Numbered from the stretch's first letter, positions 19,801-28,869 are shown. The stretch: DNA of 64,000 nucleotides from Leptonemataceae bacterium (GCA_965227295.1 OZ245742.1:416001-480000), one strand, 5' to 3'. Numbers and translations are program-made. Notes: a model not told the origin generated them from the sequence alone.

Positions 19801-20073
19801 GTCCCGGATGTCGAAGCCGTAGACCAGGCTCGCGCGTTCGACGTTGAGTTCGATCTTCGCGTCGGAGTTGCCTTCGACGAGCGTCCGCACGAGATACTCC
19901 ACGTTCGAAGGCTGCATCAGTATGTAGTACACAAGACTGAGCAGGAAAAGCGGCACGCTCAGCCGGAAGAGCCACTTCCCGGGACCCGAGCGCGAAAACC
20001 GCGAGAAGCGGCCCGGGCTCCCGGACGGAGCGCCGGAGGACTGTGGATCTTCGCCGGACCTGGCCATAGGCAT
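16858..20073 (-). CDS. AsmA/TamB/YdbH-like bridge protein (Leptospira LIC11026-like)
   Basis: Single N-terminal TM anchor, AsmA-type start (GFDIRDIKL...AERLRLAWFLPSVLIGRVGLRTLHLQAPHLYL...GRWNW), then about 900 aa of amphipathic beta strands. Confidence 0.7.
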   Translation of the reverse strand: MPMARSGEDPQSSGAPSGSPGRFSRFSRSGPGKWLFRLSVPLFLLSLVYYILMQPSNVEYLVRTLVEGNSDAKIELNVERASLVYGFDIRDIKLSDSVSGRPLVTAERLRLAWFLPSVLIGRVGLRTLHLQAPHLYLTKMDGRWNWAAFSSGEGSEPPPDEDDTPLPEAVNLFFRFQVYANVYIERFALTMHTVDAESGDEFRLNVDNVNLRVAAITRSFREIPLSLDVLDVFDTLLIALNPYQPVNLKLKGADRSIDGRLRLTYFLFRETGEGVTEFASRLVADTSEVSLRRGGSAARRVPLSIYYDTAYDAASDRLLIPIFQVQHANDRWLTVTAEVNNAASPDAGSARSLRLDVARSSINLEPVGRLIAAITGAAKPFIEGEATIQELQLFGSLERLSLKGDIEAQRVIIAPGSGIETLRDFKVDLAALVDLYQVLPFVDPPADYVPDKDLVYGIFYRLLMPELRVLYGATRLRGDAALAPAEGVTANLKLTGLDLDTLVPEILRGRVDADIKLRSPENFRRLGFDGVVRLNNGRYFIGRSRSGLHRLTLDADGALLFEDDLTIDVRDLKLDGRNQAGERLANLFADGNIRFGDDHVYDVNVKSLDVDYENLHAVFPGSLQYTMAPYKTYLSKGVSLKSPFELRFGDGFTSIKVRRGTNLAIPYLRLQDLDAEADVFLGEREIRIQPARLRGLRGALFADADFTLTKSGEGEDAKWTPLADVDLRVVRDSMFRVHENVSMQGSLKLAMNVAKNAAKGSIDVEGLSLVYNDGPCAVANPGPDCYRLSVKDLNLDLPFEHDLDPKELLRLSDNAGRSYQNTYGRTSEPNLTVRGLSSSHSPRGEFFGHEPVYRFYYAGTPAAEGEPGLAARVDYRNNILLIEWLRMLTHKRIVPEQGGAPRWEPGGTVDGRGLFFNLADLEQKNMEAGLNLQVQRLDLEPYLPGRNRYKGEISGDLRWTTRSLEDYLYSTDALLSIHQIEQDFSGFVTRILLPTQVAALLVNNTLAIPSIRVELKGGLVYSYVRVRRGGAIGILVKPGGEEIKQERMPIAQFLERARSEFREGSEVEAVE

Positions 20074-20176
20074 TCAGAGCGTACGGCATTGCGTCACGGC
20101 CAGGAAAATTTCACCACCGATTTTGGGCCTTCGGGATGAATTTTCCGCTGCCGGACTTCGATGATAAACTACAGGC

Positions 20177-20560
20177 ATGCCCGGCAATCAGATACGTATC
20201 ATGGTCGTCGACGACGATCCCGAAATTCCCCGACTCATCCAGGCCCTCATCCCGGCCGATCGTTTCAAGATCAGCACGGCCTTCCATACCCAGGATGCGC
20301 TCACGAAGTTTCGGGACGAACATCCGCAACTCATCTTCCTGGACATCCACATGCCCGGCGCCTCGGGTTTCGTGGCCCTGCGCCGCCTGCGCAGCCTCGC
20401 CGCCGATACGTCCCGGGACGTGAAGATCATCATGCTCACCGCGCAGAAAACGAAAGAGGACGTCACGACGGCCCTGGCCTACGGCGCGGATGATTATCTC
20501 GTGAAGCCGTTTACGAAAGAGACGCTGATAGCGAAGATCGATCGGCACTTTCCGGGGTAG
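20177..20560 (+). CDS. Single-domain response regulator (REC)
   Basis: VVDDD, LIFLDIHMPG, MLTA, GADDYLVKPF. Confidence 0.92.
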   Translation: MPGNQIRIMVVDDDPEIPRLIQALIPADRFKISTAFHTQDALTKFRDEHPQLIFLDIHMPGASGFVALRRLRSLAADTSRDVKIIMLTAQKTKEDVTTALAYGADDYLVKPFTKETLIAKIDRHFPG

Positions 20561-20599
20561 GGGCCTGCATTGCCTCAAGAGATCGCATCGCTGAAATCA

Positions 20600-21085
20600 C
20601 TACCTTCTTCTGCGCTTTTTAGGTTCAGCCAGACCCGTTATGCCATTTCGATTGAAGGCGTTCTTGATATGGAATTTTTGTTCGAAAGAGTAGTAGGATG
20701 ATTTCAGTACCAATTCGTAGCAACGCTTTAGCAGATCCGCCGAGAACGAACCTTTTACTTCAATTTGTTTTGAGTCAATTCTCCGTTCGACTTCTTGCTC
20801 AGGTTCGATCTTGGGAGGCGCACCAAAATCCAGAAGGCATTGCTGGTCAAATCCATAGTCGGCAAAGCCCGGTAGTCGCAGAATGGGATTGCCAGACCTC
20901 AATGCTCCCTCCTCGTAGTATTGGAACTGAGTAGTTGCTTTCACCAATATCAGGTAAGTCGGTTCTTCAATCAGCCCTGTATCACCCAGAACCACGAACC
21001 AAAAAGGTTTGATCGGAGATTGAGGATCATCCGGATTCTCGTATGAGTTCCATTTGAGAACCTGACCGGTTTTGCTAAAAGGCAT
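20600..21085 (-). CDS. Putative PemK/MazF-fold toxin of a TA pair
   Basis: GQVLKW...KPFWFVVLG...LVKATTQ pattern of PemK-like barrels; low GC; 9 bp downstream of a Panacea antitoxin gene. Confidence 0.55.
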   Translation of the reverse strand: MPFSKTGQVLKWNSYENPDDPQSPIKPFWFVVLGDTGLIEEPTYLILVKATTQFQYYEEGALRSGNPILRLPGFADYGFDQQCLLDFGAPPKIEPEQEVERRIDSKQIEVKGSFSADLLKRCYELVLKSSYYSFEQKFHIKNAFNRNGITGLAEPKKRRRR

Positions 21086-21094
21086 AAACTTCTT

Positions 21095-21661
21095 TTAGAG
21101 CATAGCGGCGAGGAACTGCTCCCGGGCGACCGGATCTGATAGTGCTTCCATTTCATCCAGCAGATTCATTCTTTCGGAGGGACTAGCAGGATCGCGCCTG
21201 TCACGCCACGCTTTCTTCCATGCCAGAATCTCGTGCGTGGCTTCAATGAGCTTTTGATTGTTTTTGTAATTTGTCGCATACCTGTCGACAAGACTGTAAA
21301 TCTTGTCGATCTCATGGTCGCTCAATAAATCCAGATCGTACTCTGTATCCAGGGGAATAAACTTAATCTTTTCTGATCTGCTACCTTCCTCTATTTCAAT
21401 ACGAACTTTTTCGGATTCATAAGTTCCGCCGGATAGTTGTGAATTTAAATCAATGGGAACTGGCCCTTTTTCGAGGGCTCTGTATTCCAAATTCAACGGA
21501 GGGATGCCGGTTTCATGGAGTATTTCAAATTCGAATAGATCTATGTATTTGAAGAGAGACGTCTTGTATAGAGTCTGTCCTGACACGTTCTTGTGCTCAA
21601 CAGCAAGAAAATGTATAACGGAATCTAGTTTTCTCTTTTGCAGTCCGTTCATGTCATCCAA
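21095..21661 (-). CDS. Panacea (DUF4065/SocA-like) antitoxin
   Basis: IHFL...YKTSLFKYI...HETG...LEYRALEKGPVP...LIEATHE..AWKKAW, the DUF4065 signature. Confidence 0.85.
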   Translation of the reverse strand: MDDMNGLQKRKLDSVIHFLAVEHKNVSGQTLYKTSLFKYIDLFEFEILHETGIPPLNLEYRALEKGPVPIDLNSQLSGGTYESEKVRIEIEEGSRSEKIKFIPLDTEYDLDLLSDHEIDKIYSLVDRYATNYKNNQKLIEATHEILAWKKAWRDRRDPASPSERMNLLDEMEALSDPVAREQFLAAML

Positions 21662-21694
21662 TCCCCCGTAAAATCATGGAGGCGCAGGCATATA

Positions 21695-21723
21695 AATGTA
21701 TAGTGCATATAGCGCCGTGTCAA
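21695..21723 (-). promoter_or_regulatory. sigma70-type promoter of the TA operon
   Basis: Minus strand TTGACA (21723-21718), 17 bp spacer, TACATT (21700-21695). Confidence 0.65.
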
Positions 21724-21858
21724 GCCAGAAGTTTCCAAAAAATGAGCGCATCGCAAGAACGCACATGCGGGATTTCTCTATCCTGACACCTATCTGCCAT
21801 TTTTTCAGCCTCACGACTCCAGAGGCCCGCGAAACCCGCCCCCGGCACGCCTCCTCAC

Positions 21859-21874
21859 TGGCACGTCACTTGCA
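21859..21874 (+). promoter_or_regulatory. sigma54 (-24/-12) promoter of hsp20
   Basis: TGGCACGTCACTTGCA matches TGGCACG-N4-TTGCW exactly, about 80 bp upstream of the ATG. Confidence 0.8.
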
Positions 21875-21956
21875 ATCCTGCAGATACAGAGCGGCGCAAG
21901 ACGCCGGCTCCACATGAAATCTAACAACTGAGTTTCTAAAACAGGAGGAACAACCA

Positions 21957-22385
21957 ATGAAAGCACTGAGCAAAAACGGACACTACCCGAGCCTCTTTGA
22001 CAGCTTCTTCGGCGACCTGGATCGCGCCTTCCGCGCTCCGGCAACGGCGGCGCAGTACAGCCCGGCCGTCGAAGTCCGCAAAGGCGACGACGCCTATACC
22101 GTACGCGCGGTACTGCCGAACGTGAAAAAGGAAGATCTGAACGTTTCCGTGGAAGACGGTTATCTGAAGATCTCCGGCAAGTCGCAGTGGAAGAACGAAG
22201 AGAACTCGAAGGACGTCTACTCCGAGATCGTGCGCTACGAAAGCTTCGAGCGTTCACTGCGGGTGGACCAGGCCAGCTTCGACATCGATCGCATCGACGC
22301 GAAACTGGAAAACGGCGTACTCGAAGTAACGCTCCCGGTTCGGGAAGCCGTGAAGCCGAAACAGATCGAAGTCAAAGTCAACTAA
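21957..22385 (+). CDS. Small heat shock protein (Hsp20/alpha-crystallin)
   Basis: LPNVKKEDLNVSVEDGYLKISG, FERSL, AKLENGVLEVTLP; strong RBS AGGAGG. Confidence 0.95.
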   Translation: MKALSKNGHYPSLFDSFFGDLDRAFRAPATAAQYSPAVEVRKGDDAYTVRAVLPNVKKEDLNVSVEDGYLKISGKSQWKNEENSKDVYSEIVRYESFERSLRVDQASFDIDRIDAKLENGVLEVTLPVREAVKPKQIEVKVN

Positions 22386-22409
22386 GTTGACGAATTCGTT
22401 TGGATGATG

Positions 22410-22437
22410 CGGCTCCGCAGAAATGCGGGGCCGTTTT
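22410..22437 (+). terminator. Intrinsic terminator
   Basis: CGGCTCCGCA-GAAA-TGCGGGGCCG followed by TTTT after hsp20. Confidence 0.8.
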
Positions 22438-22606
22438 CATGTACGCCTGCATTCTAGTTTCCGTTGCGTAAACCTTTGCAACGAAGCGCCGTCCTCCGTG
22501 CAGCTTCTACAGATTCGCGTCCGATTTTCATGTTAGCGCCGGGAGTCCGGCGGGCTCCGGTTTACGAATGCCGCTCGCTTTGCTTCGATGCGGAAGGAGA
22601 GCAATC

Positions 22607-25600
22607 ATGGCCGTAGATATTTCCCGCGATAACTTTCGTCCGGAGAAACAATACCGTTCCGTACTCATGCAGCAGGGGCGCATCCTCACGGATGCCGACT
22701 GGAACGAACAGGCTTCCATCGAAGCTTATCTGCGTCATGCCATCGGCCGGGACTTCGCCGGGGCCACCGGCGCCCCCCGACACCAGGCCGGCTTCGCTCT
22801 GACCTCAAACGGCAGCAGCCTCAACGCCGGCGCCGGACGTTTCTATATAAACGGCATGCTGGTGGAAAACCCCGCGGTCTTCGACCTGAGCAATCAGCCG
22901 TACCTGCCCGGCGTGAGCCTGCCGACGGTCGACGGGAGCTATCTCGCGTACCTCGACGTTATGCTACGACCGGTGACCGTCGTGGAAGATGCGGCCGTCC
23001 GTGACCCGGCCCTGGGCGGCATCAATACGGCGGCACGCCTGCAACTCGTATCGCAGATCAAACTACTGCCCCTGGCCGCGGGAACCTATGCGGCCTCCGA
23101 CGAACCCCAGGAGTGGAGCGATTTCGTAAACCGGGTTCGCGGTAAGATGCGCGCGCGCACTACCGCCGAAGGCGTCTCCACCGATCCCTGCCAGATCGGC
23201 GCGCGCGGCGGCTACAGCGGCCCGGACAATCATCTGTATCGCGTCGAGATTCACAACGGCGGCGCGCCGGGAACGGCCACGTATAAGTGGTCCCGGGACA
23301 ACGCCGGCCTTGTCACGGAATGGATCTCGCAGAACACGGACACCCTGGGCCTGCGCTTCAGCGGCCGCGACGAAGTCCAGAGCTTCCGCCCGGGACAGTG
23401 GATCGAGATCGACGACGAAGGCCTGGAACTCGAAGGCAGTCCCGGTACCCTGGCCCGCATCATCGCCGTGGGCGATAGCTCCGTAACCATCGATCCGGAT
23501 ACCTTAGTGCACTTCGACGGCGCTGGCGGACCCAACGCCCCGGGCGGCCGGGCACTGGACATTTCCGAATTCGATCGCGGCGTGCGGCGTGTTCGTCGCT
23601 GGGATATGGTTACGGCCGGCGGCCTGCGCACGACGCCGTCGGACGGCAGTTTCGTCGAAATCGAAAACGGCATTACCGTCGCCTTCGACGACGTCGCGGA
23701 CGGCACGCTCTATGAAAGCCGCGAGTACTGGCTGATTCCGGCGCGCGTCGGCAATCGTAACATTGAATGGCCCATGAACGCCGCCGGAACCGAGGCCGCC
23801 GCGCTCACTGCGTTGCCGGTGCACGAGTATGCCCGCCTCGCCTTCGTCGAACTCGCGTCTTCGAACTGGACCGTCGTCGCCGACGCGCGGCGCATCTTTC
23901 CGTCCCTGGGCGATGCGAACCTGCATTACGCCGGCGGCGACGGCCAATCACTCTTTCCGGGGCTGGAGCTGGCCGAGCCCCTGGCCGTGCGCATTTCCGC
24001 CGGCCCGGAACCGATTCCCGACGCCGTGGTTCGTTTTAGCGTAACCGGCGGCGACGGCAACTTAACGGACGCCACCGGAAGCGGCGCGAGCGGCAACAGC
24101 GTCGACCTGCGCAGCGACGGAGCCGGCCTCGCCGCGGTCCGCTGGACTACCGGCGCAGACCGCGACTCACAAACAGTCAGTGCTCAACTATTAGACGAGA
24201 ACGGCCAGCCGCTCCCGGCCGCTCTGGTCCGCTTCCGCGCGCACAAGAACCAGGCCGCGGCCGTGGAGTATACGGCGCCCGCGGACCCGGCCGATCCGCT
24301 CTACGGCAGCGAGACCACCCAGGCGGCGGTGGATGCCCTGAACGCGGCCAAGGTCAACCGCGCCGGCGACGTGATCAGCGGCGACCTGGAAGTCGAGGGC
24401 ACCCTGACGGTCCGCGGGGATATGATCGTCAAAGAAACCGAGAGCATCCCCGGCGACGTGATGCTGGGCGACCAGGACGAGGACACGATCACGATTCACG
24501 GCGAGGTCCGTTCCGCGCACAGCTCGGGCTCGCTCTTCGTGAGCGACGGTTTGTACGTGCGCGCCTCGGACGCGGCCGACGTACCACTGCGAGTGGACGC
24601 CGTGGTCCAGGGCCTGGCGGGACGTTCGTATCGCCGGCCGCTCACCGTCGACAACTCCGCCAACGCATCGCCCTTAACTGATTTTCAAGTATTGTTAACA
24701 ATGGACACCGCGGCGCTCATTTCCGGCGGTAAGATGCAGAGCGACGGCGATGACCTGCTGTTTCTCGACGAGGACGAGCTTACCTCGCTCCCGTACTGGA
24801 TCGAATCCGGCATAAACACCGCGAACACGCGCGTGTGGGTGCGCGTGCCCGTGCTGCCGGCAAACGGAACGCGGACGATCTACGTACTCTACGGAAACGA
24901 AAACGCCACCGCGCGTTCCTCGAAGGCGAATACGTTTCTCGGTGAGATCAGCGGCGTGGAAGTCGCTTACGCCATGGACGAGGGCACGGGTACCATCGTC
25001 GGAGATACGTCCGGCAACGGCCGGGATGCCGCGCTCGTCGGCGGCGGCTGGACCACCGGACGCGCCGGTGCGGGAACCGCGATCGCGTTGAACGGCGGCA
25101 CGGACGCGGTGGACCTGGCGAACATCACGAGCAACAACGATCTCTGGCGCAACCCCGGCCTAACGATCGCGGCCTGGTTTCGCGCGGACACGCTGCCGTC
25201 CGGGACCGCCGCGGCGATCTTCGACAATCTCAACGGCACGCCGGGGCCGGATCGTATCTTCGGTCACAGCATCGCGGTGGGGGATTCGAACATCTTATTC
25301 AGCGTCACCCGGGCCAGTCAGGCGTTTGGGACACCGATCATGACGGTAACTCCCGGCCAGTGGTACTTTGTGGCGCTGACCGCTGAAGACACGCCCGCGG
25401 GCATCAACTTCCACGGTTACGTCAACGGAACTTCGACCATGAACCCGACCGCCTCGGGCAGCCTGAGCGATTATCCGGCGACACAAACGCCGACATACTT
25501 CGCGCTGCTCGGCAATTCGAATCTGGACCACGCGCCCTTCGACGGCGCCCTGGACGACGTGCGCATCTACAACCGCGCACTTTCGCCCACGGAGATTGCC

Positions 25601-27877
25601 GATCTCTACAACTTCAAGAGCCTCACGACTCCGGCGAACGCCGGCAACGAACTGCTGCGTCGCTTCGCTTTGAACGAACCGGCGACGACGTTCGGCGGCC
25701 CGGAAGAGGCCCTGGCCGGCGGCGAAGAATCCGTGCTGTTCATCGAGAATGGTTCCGGCAACGTGGGCCTGGGCACGACGACTCCCGGCGAACGGCTTAC
25801 GGTCAACGGCATCATTGAAACCACCGAGGGCGGCATCAAGTTCCCCGACGGCACGATCCAGACCACGGCCGGAGGGGGCGGCGGCTTAGCCGGTGGTGGT
25901 ACGAAGTTACCGCTCGGCACGATTCTCGCGTGGCATAAGAACTTCGACGGCAGTACGCCGGACCTGCCCGACGGCTGGATCGAGTGCAACGGCCAGACCA
26001 TCGACGATCCGGAGTCGCCGTTCTTCGGTCAGGACACGCCGGACCTGAACAGCTCGCTGCCCGGCTTCAGCAACGGCGGGCGTTTTTTGCGCGGCGGTCC
26101 GACCAGCGGCAATTTTCAGGGCGATCAGATGCAGGGTCACATCCACCGCGTCTATCCGCACGCCGGCACGCACGAGGATCCGGCGTATGGAATCAACAAC
26201 ACCGGGGCCAACGGCGGCGACGTGGCCACGCAGGTCAGCAGTCACCTCACCTCGCGTCCCACCGACGACATGACCGGTAACGGTCCGCCGCGCTACGGCA
26301 ACGAAACGCGGCCGGCGAACATGTCGGTCGTCTGGATCATGCGCATCAAAGACACCGGCGACGGCGGTTCGTTGTGGGACAGCGCGACCGGCGGCATCAG
26401 CTACGAGGGCGGCAACGTCGGCATCGGCACGGACGAACCCCAGGCGAAGCTGCACGTTTCGGGCACGGCCGGCGTGGACGGCATCCTCTTTCCCGACGGC
26501 ACGTTACAAACAACAGCGGGCGGTCCGGGCGCGGGCCTGCCGCTCGGGACCATCCTCGCGTGGCACAAGTCCCTCGGCAGCACGCCGCCGCTGCCCGACG
26601 GCTGGGTAGAATGCAACGGGCAGACATTAAGCGATGCGGCCTCACCGTACGACGGACTCGTGATTCCGGACCTGAACAATCCCAAAGAAACCTGGAACGA
26701 CAAGGGCGCGTTCTTGCGCGGTCACACGACGTCGGGTGAATTCGAGGATGATCAATTACAGGGACATCATCACCGCCTTCAGGTCTGGGGCAACGGTCTC
26801 GAGGGTCGCGTGGAACCCGGCGGCAGTGATGACGCAGCATTTATCGATACCAGCGACGCCGCCGTGATCGACCCGAGCGACGACGGCACCAACGGCACGC
26901 CGCGCACGGGCTCCGAAACGAAACCCGTGAACATGTCGGTCGTCTGGATCATGAAGGTCCGCAATAGCGCGTTGTCGCTACCGGCGGGGGGCTACGCGAT
27001 CATCGAAGACAAACAGCCGCCGGATACCCTTTCCGGCGCCGGCGTCGTCGGCAGTTGGAACCGGCGCACGCTGAATACGCTCAGTACTAACATATCCGGA
27101 TTAACACTCAGCAGCAATGAATTTACACTTCCGGCCGGAACGTACCTGATCCGGTGCCGGGCGCCTGCCCATCGAGTCGGATATCATCAGATCCGCCTCT
27201 TCAACGTCACCGACTCCACGCCGGCCATCGCCGGCGCCTCTATGGCAACCGCCGACTACGACGACGATTCCGGAGATGCGGTACTCACCGGCGCGTTGCA
27301 TGTGGACACGCCGAGGGCATATGCTATTGAACACTGGATCTCTGCCAGCACCGGCACTTCCGCCCTGGGCATCGGCGGCGCGGCAGGATCCGAAGAAGTC
27401 TACACGCAGGTGGAAATCATCCAGCTCGCGCAGCCGACGCCCGAGGGCACGGACCTCATCGGCTCCGTCCACGCCTTCGCGACGGAGACTCCGCCTACGG
27501 GCTGGATCAAGTGTGATGGGACGGCAATCTCACGGAACCAGTACGCGCGATTGTTTCAGCGCATCGGGGATCGTTTCGGTACCGGCGACGGAACGACGAC
27601 GTTCAACGTGCCGGACCTGCGCGGCGAGTTCATCCGCGGCTGGGACGACGGCCGCGGTGTGGATTCCGGACGCACGCTCGGCTCGGCGCAGGGCGATTTG
27701 TTTGAATCGCACACACATACAATCAGCAACGTGAATACCTTTCAGGGTGGCCAGGTCGGCGTCGGAAACGGCGGTTCGATTCAGGTCGGCGGCAATCTCA
27801 CGGCCGTCTCGAATGCTACCGGCGGCGCCGAAACCCGCCCGCGAAACGTGGCAATGATGTACTGTATTAAGTACTGA
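22607..27877 (+). CDS. DUF6519-type tail-fibre-like protein with Ig, DUF2341, LamG and three tail-collar modules
   Basis: MAVDISRDNF..KQYRSVLMQQGRILTDADWNEQ, DNHLYRVEIH, KWSRDNA, YWLIPAR (DUF6519); LPYWIE..TRVWVRVP..YGN (DUF2341); FDGALDDVRIYNRALS (LamG); GWIKCDG..FNVPDLRGEFIRGWD..ETRPRN (collar); RBS GGAGAG before ATG 22607. Confidence 0.85.
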   Translation: MAVDISRDNFRPEKQYRSVLMQQGRILTDADWNEQASIEAYLRHAIGRDFAGATGAPRHQAGFALTSNGSSLNAGAGRFYINGMLVENPAVFDLSNQPYLPGVSLPTVDGSYLAYLDVMLRPVTVVEDAAVRDPALGGINTAARLQLVSQIKLLPLAAGTYAASDEPQEWSDFVNRVRGKMRARTTAEGVSTDPCQIGARGGYSGPDNHLYRVEIHNGGAPGTATYKWSRDNAGLVTEWISQNTDTLGLRFSGRDEVQSFRPGQWIEIDDEGLELEGSPGTLARIIAVGDSSVTIDPDTLVHFDGAGGPNAPGGRALDISEFDRGVRRVRRWDMVTAGGLRTTPSDGSFVEIENGITVAFDDVADGTLYESREYWLIPARVGNRNIEWPMNAAGTEAAALTALPVHEYARLAFVELASSNWTVVADARRIFPSLGDANLHYAGGDGQSLFPGLELAEPLAVRISAGPEPIPDAVVRFSVTGGDGNLTDATGSGASGNSVDLRSDGAGLAAVRWTTGADRDSQTVSAQLLDENGQPLPAALVRFRAHKNQAAAVEYTAPADPADPLYGSETTQAAVDALNAAKVNRAGDVISGDLEVEGTLTVRGDMIVKETESIPGDVMLGDQDEDTITIHGEVRSAHSSGSLFVSDGLYVRASDAADVPLRVDAVVQGLAGRSYRRPLTVDNSANASPLTDFQVLLTMDTAALISGGKMQSDGDDLLFLDEDELTSLPYWIESGINTANTRVWVRVPVLPANGTRTIYVLYGNENATARSSKANTFLGEISGVEVAYAMDEGTGTIVGDTSGNGRDAALVGGGWTTGRAGAGTAIALNGGTDAVDLANITSNNDLWRNPGLTIAAWFRADTLPSGTAAAIFDNLNGTPGPDRIFGHSIAVGDSNILFSVTRASQAFGTPIMTVTPGQWYFVALTAEDTPAGINFHGYVNGTSTMNPTASGSLSDYPATQTPTYFALLGNSNLDHAPFDGALDDVRIYNRALSPTEIADLYNFKSLTTPANAGNELLRRFALNEPATTFGGPEEALAGGEESVLFIENGSGNVGLGTTTPGERLTVNGIIETTEGGIKFPDGTIQTTAGGGGGLAGGGTKLPLGTILAWHKNFDGSTPDLPDGWIECNGQTIDDPESPFFGQDTPDLNSSLPGFSNGGRFLRGGPTSGNFQGDQMQGHIHRVYPHAGTHEDPAYGINNTGANGGDVATQVSSHLTSRPTDDMTGNGPPRYGNETRPANMSVVWIMRIKDTGDGGSLWDSATGGISYEGGNVGIGTDEPQAKLHVSGTAGVDGILFPDGTLQTTAGGPGAGLPLGTILAWHKSLGSTPPLPDGWVECNGQTLSDAASPYDGLVIPDLNNPKETWNDKGAFLRGHTTSGEFEDDQLQGHHHRLQVWGNGLEGRVEPGGSDDAAFIDTSDAAVIDPSDDGTNGTPRTGSETKPVNMSVVWIMKVRNSALSLPAGGYAIIEDKQPPDTLSGAGVVGSWNRRTLNTLSTNISGLTLSSNEFTLPAGTYLIRCRAPAHRVGYHQIRLFNVTDSTPAIAGASMATADYDDDSGDAVLTGALHVDTPRAYAIEHWISASTGTSALGIGGAAGSEEVYTQVEIIQLAQPTPEGTDLIGSVHAFATETPPTGWIKCDGTAISRNQYARLFQRIGDRFGTGDGTTTFNVPDLRGEFIRGWDDGRGVDSGRTLGSAQGDLFESHTHTISNVNTFQGGQVGVGNGGSIQVGGNLTAVSNATGGAETRPRNVAMMYCIKY

Positions 27878-27930
27878 ACCGTTCACAATATATACTTGCG
27901 CTCGCGTCGGGCTGCGGTGTTGTTTCCCGG

Positions 27931-28857
27931 ATGTCCGCTGAACTGTTGCCGCGCCGTCTGCTGATCGCCGTCCCGCTGGGGATCGATGCCGCCGGAGACG
28001 AGGCGGCGGCGCAATTCCTCACGCGCACGGCGGACTTTGCGACCGCGCTGAAGGCGGAGGTCCTGCTCTTGCACGTCATCGACGTCGAGGACGACGACGT
28101 CGATGACGCCACGCGCTCGTTGTACGACGATCTGGCCGCGAACGCCCGGGAACGTCTGGATGCTCTGCTGCCGATCTTACGCGAACGCAAGCTCGGTACC
28201 GAACTGCGCATCGCCGCGGGCCGGCCGTGGCAAAAGATTCTCGATGCCGCGGACGACTGGAAGCCCGACGCCGTCGTCGTCGGACCGCCGGCCCCGGAGC
28301 CGGACGGCGTGCTGCGTCGCACGCTGCACCGGCCGACAGCGGGCCGGCTCATCCGCGAAGCGGATCGTCCCGTATGGGCCCTCCCCGAAAGCGAATCGAG
28401 CGGCTTCGGCATCCGGCGCATCCTGGTGCCGGTGGACTTCAGCGAAGTAAGTACGGATCAGGTAAAGTTAGCAGATGAGCTGCACGCGGTCTTCGGATGC
28501 GAGCGGTACCTGCTGCACTGTTTTCGTTACCGGCTCATGGATGCCTTGCGGCGCTTTCCGGATCGCGGCGGGCCGGCGGATCGTTTCGAAGACGAGATGA
28601 TCGCAAAGGCGAAGGCGAAGGCCGAGGCTTTACTCGGCGAGGCCTACGACAACTGGACGGTGTTATTGCACACGGACCCGGTAAAACGCGCGGTGCCCAT
28701 GGAAATCGAGAACTACGGCATCGACCTGCTGTTGCTCGCGGGAGTATCGAAGCCGCGCGGCCTTCGCGGTGCCCTGCTGGGCAGCACGGCCGAGAAGATC
28801 CTTGCGTATACGAACATCAATGCGTGCGTACTCAAACCGACGGCGACCGGAAGTTAG
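27931..28857 (+). CDS. Tandem universal stress protein (UspE-like)
   Basis: Two Usp domains; RRILVPVDFSE, LLGSTAEKIL. Confidence 0.9.
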   Translation: MSAELLPRRLLIAVPLGIDAAGDEAAAQFLTRTADFATALKAEVLLLHVIDVEDDDVDDATRSLYDDLAANARERLDALLPILRERKLGTELRIAAGRPWQKILDAADDWKPDAVVVGPPAPEPDGVLRRTLHRPTAGRLIREADRPVWALPESESSGFGIRRILVPVDFSEVSTDQVKLADELHAVFGCERYLLHCFRYRLMDALRRFPDRGGPADRFEDEMIAKAKAKAEALLGEAYDNWTVLLHTDPVKRAVPMEIENYGIDLLLLAGVSKPRGLRGALLGSTAEKILAYTNINACVLKPTATGS

Positions 28858-28869
28858 CGGGCCGGCGTC

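Noticed and set aside
26317-26953. Diversity-generating retroelement or shufflon in the tail fibre
   Set aside because: No reverse transcriptase or invertase; the repeats are direct, in frame, and show no adenine-specific mismatch pattern
22607-27877. Prophage
   Set aside because: Only one tail-related gene; no integrase, capsid, terminase or att-like repeats
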